42,935 nucleotides of DNA from a virus (taxonomy: Duplodnaviria; Caudoviricetes), in IMG/VR virus record IMGVR_UViG_3300016484_001033, positions 1-42,935 of that record. One strand, written 5' to 3'. Positions 35,905-42,935 of this stretch are shown here, one piece after another. A program made the position numbers and the translations under genes. Every line of letters starts with the position of its first letter. The first letter of the stretch is position 1. The notes beneath the pieces are model-generated. The model had not been told where the DNA came from. It saw nothing but the letters and a program-made list of their open reading frames with translations, and ran no database searches.

Positions 35905-36630
35905 TCAGTTCTCCATCGCGCGCTTCGCCTCTTGCAGGGCGCGCAGGGTCTCGCCGTTCGCGGTCTTGCTGAACGCGGCGAGGGCGGCGTCATAGGCCGC
36001 CTGTTTACCGAGATCCGCCGTCATTCCCATCCCGGAGGCCCCACCACGTGCGCCGCCCCCCGGGGCTGGCGCCCGCAGCAGGCGGGGGTATTTCTTCACC
36101 TCGTCTTTGGTGAACGCCTCCACGTCGAGCGGGATGACGCCTTCCTGTGTCTTGAGCACCGGCAGGTACTCATGGGTCGGGTCGAACTCGATGTTCGGCG
36201 TCGCCATCACCTGGTTCAGAAACAGCGTGACGGCGGTGGGGTCGTCCCCATCGAGGCCGTGTTGGAGCGCTGCGGCCCGCACCTGTTCGCGGAAGGTGCG
36301 CTGCGCCAACGTGCGCGCTCGCTGCCGCTCCGCTTCCAGGGCCGTGGAGAGTTCGCCGCGTTCCTTGGCGGCTTTCGCCTCCATCAGCTCGCGCGCCTTC
36401 TGCCACTCCTGGGCGGCCACCGCTTCCTTCACCTGGAACGACTGCACCTCCTCCTCGAGTTGGCGCATCCGCTCCAGGTCGGCGGGCGACGGCAACGACT
36501 TCTTCGCGTCCCGCGCGGCCCGCGCCGAGGCTTCCTTGAGTTGCGACTCGAAGAACGCCTGGAGCGGTTCCGGCAGGGCGGCGGTGGGCCGCCCGTTGTC
36601 GCCGATTTCGATTTCGAACTTCTCAGCCAT
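35905..36630 (-). CDS. Capsid scaffolding protein
   Basis: Charged coiled coil, KYPRLL..PGGGARGG motif; upstream of the capsid gene. Confidence 0.75.
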   Translation of the reverse strand: MAEKFEIEIGDNGRPTAALPEPLQAFFESQLKEASARAARDAKKSLPSPADLERMRQLEEEVQSFQVKEAVAAQEWQKARELMEAKAAKERGELSTALEAERQRARTLAQRTFREQVRAAALQHGLDGDDPTAVTLFLNQVMATPNIEFDPTHEYLPVLKTQEGVIPLDVEAFTKDEVKKYPRLLRAPAPGGGARGGASGMGMTADLGKQAAYDAALAAFSKTANGETLRALQEAKRAMEN

Positions 36631-36696
36631 GATGTCCTGCCCTAGCCCGTGCTTGACGGCTCACGGTTGCCTGCCCGCGAAGGTGGCCGCGGTGAC

Positions 36697-36903
36697 CTAT
36701 CGCGCGAGGGCGCGAATCTTGTCCCCCATCAACGACTGCAGGCGGGCGGCCAGCGCCAATAGGTCCGCCTGCGAGATATCGAAGAACTCCCGCTTCACGC
36801 GCGCTTTCCCCGCCCCGAGCACCTGGTGGTAGAGCGCTTTCTGCTCCGGGCTCACGGCCCGGCTGCGCTGGATGAACGTCGGCCCGCCGGTCTTGCGCTT
36901 CAT
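36697..36903 (-). CDS. C-terminal half of virion morphogenesis (neck, P2 gpS/Mu gpG-like) protein
   Basis: KALYHQ..GAG....KREFFDIS motif. Confidence 0.6.
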   Translation of the reverse strand: MKRKTGGPTFIQRSRAVSPEQKALYHQVLGAGKARVKREFFDISQADLLALAARLQSLMGDKIRALAR

Positions 36904-37193
36904 CGCCGGAATCCCAGCGTGACCGTGCGGTCCGTCACGGCCACGATCTGCATCGCGTTGAGCATTTCGCCCGACACCGACAAGTCGACCCGGGACGTGC
37001 CCAGCGCGTCCGACTTCCGCTTCGCGTAGCCGGCCGAGTACGGCGCGAACGCCTGCCCCTCCGCGTCCTGGCCCGACAGGGTGCGACGGATGATGCGCTC
37101 CCGCACCAGGTCGCCCAGTTCGCGCATCACGCCGCGGTTCACGAACGTCATGTCCTGGAAGCGGCTGAAGTTCCGCTTGATGACCACGCCCAT
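36900..37193 (-). CDS. N-terminal half of virion morphogenesis (neck) protein
   Basis: RRTLSGQDAEGQAFAPYS..Y..RK....VDLSVSGEML motif. Confidence 0.7.
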   Translation of the reverse strand: MGVVIKRNFSRFQDMTFVNRGVMRELGDLVRERIIRRTLSGQDAEGQAFAPYSAGYAKRKSDALGTSRVDLSVSGEMLNAMQIVAVTDRTVTLGFRR

Positions 37194-38077
37194 CACGCCG
37201 CCTTCGCTTTCGTGATCGGGCGGACGTCGCGCAGGGCCGTGACGACTTCCGGCGCGCGCGCGCCCGTGTTCGCCAGGTCCGCGAGCTCGCTGGCGGGGCT
37301 CAGGCGCATCCACGTGTGGCGGCAGTTCCAGCCGCCCGCCGTCGTGAACACGTCCATCCGCTGGCCGTTCTCCAGTTGCTCGATGGCCGATCGCGTGTAC
37401 ACCCGGCCGATCTGTTGCCGGCAGAACGGCCGCATCTTCGCGTCGACCGGGCCGGCGTAGAGGAACAACTCCTCCGGCGTGCCGTCGCTCGCCTGCTGCT
37501 CCATCACCCGGCCGAAGGTCGCCGTGGCGGTGTCGTAGAGGGTGCGGACCTCGCTGACCTGGAGGTCCAGCGTCTCGGCGATGCGCTCGAGCACGACCGG
37601 CGTCGGCGTCCCGCCCAGCACCGCGTCCCGCACGGCGCGGTAGAGCGCCTGGGCGATGACCTCGCCCTGCTGCAGCACGTCGTCTATCGCCAGGACGCGC
37701 AGCGCCGCGATCCGCTGCGTGATCACGGTCGTGAAGAACCGGCCGGCCTCGCGGCCCACGCGGGACGCGCGCACGGCCTCGAGCATCCGCTCGAAGGCGG
37801 CCCCCGTGGCCGTCTCCGCGAGCGTGTCGTAGCCCGCCTCGGTCAGCACGGTGCGCACCTGCTCGCGGAGGCTGGCCAGCCGCGCCACGAGGGCCTGCCG
37901 CGTGCGCGTGTTCGCCGCCTTGGGTTCCAGTTCCAGGGCGCGCAGCAGCGGAACCATGCGCCGCTCGATGCCACGCAGGACGCCTTGGAGCTCCTCCGCG
38001 AAGGACGCGGACAGGGCGTCCGTCAGCGCCGCGAGGCGTTCCGCCGCCGTCAGCAGCCGCCGGGTCTCGTCAGGCAT
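37193..38077 (-). CDS. Minor head / head morphogenesis protein (SPP1 gp7, Mu gpF-like)
   Basis: YAGPVDAKMRPFC...GGWNCRHTW; follows the portal. Confidence 0.78.
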   Translation of the reverse strand: MPDETRRLLTAAERLAALTDALSASFAEELQGVLRGIERRMVPLLRALELEPKAANTRTRQALVARLASLREQVRTVLTEAGYDTLAETATGAAFERMLEAVRASRVGREAGRFFTTVITQRIAALRVLAIDDVLQQGEVIAQALYRAVRDAVLGGTPTPVVLERIAETLDLQVSEVRTLYDTATATFGRVMEQQASDGTPEELFLYAGPVDAKMRPFCRQQIGRVYTRSAIEQLENGQRMDVFTTAGGWNCRHTWMRLSPASELADLANTGARAPEVVTALRDVRPITKAKAA

Positions 38078-39635
38078 CGGCGGCCTCGTCGGCGTCGTCC
38101 TCGTCCGGCTCGGCCTCGCTCGCTGGCGGACTCTGGCGCCTGAAGGCGTCCACCATCGCGGACCGTTGCTCGGCGCGGACCTCTTCTGGGTCCGGCATGG
38201 CGTCGATCTCCGCGTCGGCGGCCTGCAGGACGGTGGGCGGTTCGTCCGACAGCAACTTGCTGACGACCTTCTTACGCAGCGTGGCCTCGGCGGTCTTGCC
38301 CAGCCGGAGCGCGATGGCCAGCTGCACCCGCGCCAGCGTGTCGTCGATGACTTCGCTGTCGAACGTGTCGGGGTAGGCGATCGTCACGTCGTCCGCCTCC
38401 CAGCGCGTCTGCCACTGCGCGCCGTAGGCGGCCCGATACCAGAGTTCCGCGATGCTGAGATCCGCGGCCTGGACGTAGTCGGCGTACGTCGCCAACGTCT
38501 GGTTCAGGTCTTCCCGCTTGATGCGCCGGCTGTCCGCCGCTTCCGCCGCGCGGCTGTCGGCTTCCCAGGGCAGGCCCGCCAACCGGAACATCGTTCGCTC
38601 GAGGCGCTCGCGCTCTTCGGCGTAGGCGTCCACGTTCGCCTTGTCCGGGCTCAGGAACGACGCGGCCAGCGGTGTGAACGCCACGTTGGCCGTCCCGCTG
38701 ACCTGCCCCAACATCGCCTGGGCCTGGTCGACCTGGACGGCGTCTGGCCCGGTCCCGAGCGGGACGTTCAGCATCGCGAAGGTCTGCTTGCGCAGCAGTT
38801 CGCGGTGCTCGGAGACCAGGTTGTAGTGGTCCTGGATGACCTTCGGGTCGCCCAGCACGCTCTGGCCGACGACCGGCGAGAGCATCGGCCGGTTGCCGTA
38901 GAGGATGACCACGGGCAGCGCGCCGGCGTAGTCGTGCGTGCCGCGCGTCTGCGTGGCCGGGTCGAGCCGGCCGTCGGCCTGGCGCATGACGACCGACCAG
39001 CCGTCCACCGTCACGTCGCGAATCTGCGTCCCGTCCTGGCCATCGAACGTCTCGCGCGGCACGCCCTCGAGCAGCCGCACTGCCGTCAGCATCCCGGCGT
39101 CGTCGGTCAGCCAGTCCGGGACGTCGAGCGGCGAGTAGAGGCGTAGGTAGGGCGCACGCGCATCCGCGGCGGTCGGGGCGGTCTGCGCCGGCCGGTCGAA
39201 GAGGAGAAACACGTGCCCGAAGGTCGCGGCGGCGTCCCAGGCGGTGCGCAGGAACGTGTCGATGTCTGTGCCATGCCCATCCACGTCCTCCCACCAGACC
39301 GCGAGGGGATGCGGCGTCGCGGCGGCGGGGTCGCCGACGCGGCGCACGGGCGGCTGCCGAAACAGGCCCCCCGACAAGAGGCTGATGATGGTGCGCGGCC
39401 AATGCTCGTAGCGCGCGAGCTGGCGCCGTTCCTTGAGTTTCTTGGTGGGCTTGGTCGGCGTCTCGGCGGTGTGGTCGAGCCATTCGCGCGGGTGCGCGAT
39501 CAGGTAGCCGCCGTCCAGGAACCCGCCCGTGCCTTCGACCGCGTGCGCGAGCTTCTCCCAGACCGGCTGCAGGGTCGTGTACACCGGATGGGGGCGGAGG
39601 GCGACGGGCGCCGGGGCACTGGGCTCGATGGGCAC
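38070..39635 (-). CDS. Portal protein
   Basis: 521 aa after TerL; HPVY...W, DVDGHGT, TFGHVFLLFD, acidic tail. Confidence 0.85.
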   Translation of the reverse strand: MPIEPSAPAPVALRPHPVYTTLQPVWEKLAHAVEGTGGFLDGGYLIAHPREWLDHTAETPTKPTKKLKERRQLARYEHWPRTIISLLSGGLFRQPPVRRVGDPAAATPHPLAVWWEDVDGHGTDIDTFLRTAWDAAATFGHVFLLFDRPAQTAPTAADARAPYLRLYSPLDVPDWLTDDAGMLTAVRLLEGVPRETFDGQDGTQIRDVTVDGWSVVMRQADGRLDPATQTRGTHDYAGALPVVILYGNRPMLSPVVGQSVLGDPKVIQDHYNLVSEHRELLRKQTFAMLNVPLGTGPDAVQVDQAQAMLGQVSGTANVAFTPLAASFLSPDKANVDAYAEERERLERTMFRLAGLPWEADSRAAEAADSRRIKREDLNQTLATYADYVQAADLSIAELWYRAAYGAQWQTRWEADDVTIAYPDTFDSEVIDDTLARVQLAIALRLGKTAEATLRKKVVSKLLSDEPPTVLQAADAEIDAMPDPEEVRAEQRSAMVDAFRRQSPPASEAEPDEDDADEAADA

Positions 39636-39728
39636 GCGGGTCGGCGGCGGACGATGACCACGGTCCTGCGGCTCGTACGCGCCGCAGGTGGTGTGGTATC
39701 GGGGCGCTCTGGCCCTACGCCTGCCAGC

Positions 39729-39917
39729 CTACGGCTGCTCGGAGGGGGGTGTAATACAGATACTGCGGCAGTCACAGGTGACGGTGACGTGCTCCACGTA
39801 GACGCTGACGGCATCCCGGATGAGCGTGGCGAGGGGCAGGCCGGCGTCCTCGGCGATGCGGCGCAGTTGCCAGAGCTCGTGCGGCGTCAGCCGGATCGTG
39901 GTGACTTTGGACGGCAT
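39729..39917 (-). CDS. Ribbon-helix-helix (CopG-like) DNA-binding protein
   Basis: VTTIRLTPHELWQLRRIAEDAGLPLATLIRDAVSVY. Confidence 0.65.
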   Translation of the reverse strand: MPSKVTTIRLTPHELWQLRRIAEDAGLPLATLIRDAVSVYVEHVTVTCDCRSICITPPSEQP

Positions 39918-39921
39918 CGGC

Positions 39922-41223
39922 TCAGGCAAAGCGCTCGTGCCAGACATTGACCAGCGGCACGACTTTGCGCGCCGGCCAGCGGGCCTCGACGAGGTAGCCC
40001 AGCGCATCGCTCACATGCGTGAGCATCGGGTTCGACTTGTCGAGGTCGCCGGTATCGCTGAACGTCACCTGCTCGAGGTCCGCGATCAGATGCACGCAGG
40101 ACGGGTCGACGACGGCGTGCGTGCGCCCGTCGGTCGTTTCGAACCGCCCGTTGACGGCCGACACACGGTCGCGCACGTGGGGCGCCCGGCCCTTGATGCG
40201 CCGCGCGGCTGTCGGGAACACCTCGTAGACGACGGCGTGGTCGGACGGGCCGGTGGTCTTGCGGGCCGTGCCGGCCGGGTCGCCGTAGATCTCCACGAGG
40301 CCCGTCCAGCCCGCCTGCTCGATCAGCCCACGCGCCGCCCGGGCGCTCGCCCGCGTCGCCTCGCCGCCGGCGTGGTTCACGTACACTTCGCGCCAGACCT
40401 GCACCTCATCGCCAACGATCTGGCACAGCACGGCCGTGGCGGGTTGCACGTTGAAGTCGAACGAAACGCACAGGGGCACCTGGGGCTGGAGCTCCACGGG
40501 CGCGACGTGGAGCGCACGGGCGAACGCGTAGTAGGCGCGGCCGGCCATCGCCTCAAACGACGCTTCGAACTCCTGGGCGAACGTCCGGCGGTCGAGTTGC
40601 TGGCGCGCCGCCTCGATTTCCACGGGGTCGAGATGCGGGTTGTCGATCGACCGAAACTGCCACGACATCCACTGGTCCGCGCCGCGCTGGCCCAGGTCGT
40701 AGACGGCATGAAAGTGATTGAACGCTTTGGGCGTGCCCAGGAACAGGGCGCTGCCCTTGGTGTCCGCCAGCGCGGGCCGGATCACTTCCGTCCACGCTTC
40801 CGGCGCCATGTCGGCGTATTCGTCGATGACGACGTGCCACGGGCCGCGCCCGCGCAGGCTGTCCGGGTCTTCCGCGCCGCGCACCTGGAGCAGCGCGCCG
40901 TTGACGAGCTCCATGTCGAGCTCGGTCTCGCTCGCCGGCTTCGCCAGCCAGGACGGCGGGACCAGCTGCTTCAGCGGGCGCCACAGGATGTCTTTCGCCA
41001 TGACGCGGGTGGGCGCGACGTACCACACGCGCTGCCCGGGCGAGGCGAGCTGCGCGGCGGCGAGCATGTCGAGACCGGCGAGCGTGGTCTTGCCCCAGCG
41101 ACGGCCGGCGACGACGACGCGAAAGCGGCCGGGGCCAGGGGCGACGACGGCGCCGGTGGCGCCCAATGCCCAACCCGCACGGTAGACGCGCGACTGGCCC
41201 TGGTGTAGGACGACGTCGGTCAT
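39922..41223 (-). CDS. terL: Terminase large subunit
   Basis: Walker A AGRRWGKT, LRG, Walker B VVIDE, GTP, DFN, YGDPAG, HVSDALGY. Confidence 0.95.
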   Translation of the reverse strand: MTDVVLHQGQSRVYRAGWALGATGAVVAPGPGRFRVVVAGRRWGKTTLAGLDMLAAAQLASPGQRVWYVAPTRVMAKDILWRPLKQLVPPSWLAKPASETELDMELVNGALLQVRGAEDPDSLRGRGPWHVVIDEYADMAPEAWTEVIRPALADTKGSALFLGTPKAFNHFHAVYDLGQRGADQWMSWQFRSIDNPHLDPVEIEAARQQLDRRTFAQEFEASFEAMAGRAYYAFARALHVAPVELQPQVPLCVSFDFNVQPATAVLCQIVGDEVQVWREVYVNHAGGEATRASARAARGLIEQAGWTGLVEIYGDPAGTARKTTGPSDHAVVYEVFPTAARRIKGRAPHVRDRVSAVNGRFETTDGRTHAVVDPSCVHLIADLEQVTFSDTGDLDKSNPMLTHVSDALGYLVEARWPARKVVPLVNVWHERFA

Positions 41224-41510
41224 GCTGACGGACGAGTGACCCAGGACTCTAGTGCATCGGCGATGCGCTCGAGCGCGTCACACAAGCGGTCGCGCTTTGG
41301 TGCTGGAACGGACCGCTTCTGGACGCCATCCTGCCTACGACGTGATTCGCTCGCTTTCTGTCTCACCGCCTCGACGGCATCTGCACTAAAGACTCGTGTC
41401 TTTTGGCCCTCTGGAATCTCAAATGGCACTTCCTTTCGCAGGCACCACCCATTCAGCGTGCGAGCAGGGATGCCGAGTTTCTTCGCGAGTGCGGACTGCG
41501 TGATCATCAT
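41220..41510 (-). CDS. HTH (MerR/excisionase-like) DNA-binding protein
   Basis: TQSALAKKLGIPARTLNGW...RVFS; locally lower GC. Confidence 0.65.
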   Translation of the reverse strand: MMITQSALAKKLGIPARTLNGWCLRKEVPFEIPEGQKTRVFSADAVEAVRQKASESRRRQDGVQKRSVPAPKRDRLCDALERIADALESWVTRPSA

Positions 41511-41956
41511 TCCTCCGTCAACTTCACGATCAGCGGAATCGGCACACTTCCCACGAACTCTTGCTTACTGGGCGCGTCGAGGCCGAGGTACTTCGCGCGC
41601 CGGTCCAGCACGCGCAGCAGCGTATCGACCGCGCGCATGTCTCCGCGCTGCGCGGCCGGCGTCAGCGCCAGCGTGTAGTCGTCCAGGCGGCGCAACTCAA
41701 TATCGCGAATAACTTCCGCGTCGTGCTCGGTCGTCGCCCTCAGCGCCGCGAGTTCGGCCTGCACGTCGCTGTAGGCGGTCTCCAGCGAGACATCGAGTCT
41801 TTTAGCGATGGTGCGATACGAGGCGCCCGCCTTGCGGAACGACAGCGCCTGCGCGCGGCGTTCCACGATGGCGGTGTCTTGCGCGACGTGCGGCGGGCGG
41901 TTCTTCTTTCCGCCGCGCTGGCGGTGGGGCGCGACGGGCGTGGGGCGCTTAGCCAA
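41507..41956 (-). CDS. terS: Terminase small subunit
   Basis: ALSFRKAGASYRTIAKRL HTH; RRAKYLGLDAP; upstream of TerL. Confidence 0.82.
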   Translation of the reverse strand: MAKRPTPVAPHRQRGGKKNRPPHVAQDTAIVERRAQALSFRKAGASYRTIAKRLDVSLETAYSDVQAELAALRATTEHDAEVIRDIELRRLDDYTLALTPAAQRGDMRAVDTLLRVLDRRAKYLGLDAPSKQEFVGSVPIPLIVKLTEE

Positions 41957-42935
41957 CGCGCACCGCCTTCTGCCCGGTGAACTGTTCCCATCGGTCGATG
42001 GCGACCTGGACGTAGCGCGGCTCGATCTCGATGGCGTGGCACACGCGGCCGAGTTGCTCGCAGGCGATCAGCGTGGTGCCACTGCCGCTGAATGGTTCAT
42101 AGAACACATCGTCCTGCGAGAACGACAAGCGCTGAATGAACCACTCCCATAACTTGATCGGTTTGGGGCACGGATGGTCGATGTCGCCAGCATTAGCTGG
42201 CGTGTTCATGTCAACGGCATCAGGACGGCCACCGTTACCAGTCGCAAGGCTAGGGTCTTTCCCGTAACACAAAAACGGCTGCCAGTAGTTAAATCCCCAA
42301 CTCGACCGTAACTGACCTCCACCGTAGAACCAGCACATCACCCAGTCCGCTGGTGGATAGATCCATGCGTTTGTAACGCCAGGCGAGAACACGCACGCAC
42401 TAGCTGTCTGTCTTGCGAGTGGGAGCCACGCCTTCGCCAACTTCACCAAGTTAAAATGCGAATCCTCGTATCCCGCGTAATTGTTCTTTCCACTCGCTTT
42501 CCCATCTCCGAGCCCATAGGGCGGGTCAGTCAAACACACCGCAGCGCGTTCCCCATCCATCACCCGCGCCACGTCGTCAGCCTTCGTGCTGTCCCCGCAC
42601 AACAGCAGATGCTTTCCCAAATTGAACAGGTCGCCCAGCTTGATGTCCGTCGCCCGCTCGTCAGGCACGGCATCCGGGTCGGTCAGCCCGCCCGCCGGTT
42701 CCTGGTCGGCCTCGAGCAGCGCCGCCAGTTCGTCGGCCTCGAACATCCCGGCCAGCGCGCCCTCGTCGGCAAGCTGCCGCAGCACGTCCGTGTCCCAGTC
42801 CGCGAGTTCCGCCGCCCGGTTGTCGAACAATGCCAGCCGCGTCTTTTGCTCCGGCGTCAGGCCCGACCGACGCACTGCCACAACCGTCTCGCCGTCCGCG
42901 TCGACGACCTGCACCTTGGTAATCCCGGCCTCAGC
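41949..42935 (-). CDS. ParB-like domain-DNA methyltransferase fusion (C-terminal part; starts at 183)
   Basis: DNR..ELADWD, LGKHLLLCGDST, TDPPY, HPCPKP, EPFSGSGTT. Confidence 0.92.
   Translation of the reverse strand, partial: AEAGITKVQVVDADGETVVAVRRSGLTPEQKTRLALFDNRAAELADWDTDVLRQLADEGALAGMFEADELAALLEADQEPAGGLTDPDAVPDERATDIKLGDLFNLGKHLLLCGDSTKADDVARVMDGERAAVCLTDPPYGLGDGKASGKNNYAGYEDSHFNLVKLAKAWLPLARQTASACVFSPGVTNAWIYPPADWVMCWFYGGGQLRSSWGFNYWQPFLCYGKDPSLATGNGGRPDAVDMNTPANAGDIDHPCPKPIKLWEWFIQRLSFSQDDVFYEPFSGSGTTLIACEQLGRVCHAIEIEPRYVQVAIDRWEQFTGQKAVRVG

Larger units (their letters stand above)
1..42935 (-). mobile_element. Complete circularly permuted tailed bacteriophage genome (siphovirus-like)
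   Basis: Full set of terminase, portal, capsid, tail tube and tape-measure genes, plus lysis and replication modules; no sheath gene seen; one CDS continues in frame from position 1 to 42935. Confidence 0.92.

Noticed and set aside
24498-41208. Long plus-strand ORFs (e.g. 24498..26117, 29051..30913, 31536..33500, 39820..41208)
   Set aside because: Arg/Gly-rich, motif-free shadows opposite well-supported genes, as expected in high-GC DNA
41220-41510. Excisionase implying integration
   Set aside because: No integrase or att-like site recognised; a generic HTH is the safer call
41949-42935. ParB domain as evidence of a plasmid-prophage partition system
   Set aside because: It is fused to an MTase next to terS, a common phage arrangement; no ParA or parS seen

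Overview
The window looks like one complete, circularly permuted 42.9-kb, high-GC tailed-phage genome: a ParB-like/DNA-methyltransferase gene reads in frame across the 42935/1 junction. Essentially all credible genes lie on the minus strand, and many are coupled by overlapping stop/start codons. In transcription order (right to left) the modules are: ParB-MTase, TerS, TerL, portal, minor head protein, split neck protein, scaffold and major capsid; a ~1,014-aa GT4-methyltransferase-GT2 protein; head-tail and siphovirus-type tail genes (tube, chaperone with a probable +1 frameshift, tape measure, tip, fibre); a lysis region; a surface-decoration island; an XRE regulator with sigma70-like promoters; and an early region (ERF, DnaQ-like exonuclease, PAPS-reductase-like, repeat-built coiled-coil genes, TGT/DpdA-like, MTase, replication initiator, endonuclease). 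The standout is the island at 10.9-20.2 kb. Two Ser/Pro-rich mucin-like proteins, one tipped with a LamG-like domain, sit directly upstream of three paralogous glycosyltransferases with polypeptide-GalNAc-transferase-like motifs, plus GT17-like, DUF616-like and methyltransferase genes. I infer a phage-encoded mucin-type O-glycosylation system for virion appendages. I saw no integrase, tRNA or CRISPR array. All family assignments come from motif recognition by eye, not from database searches.
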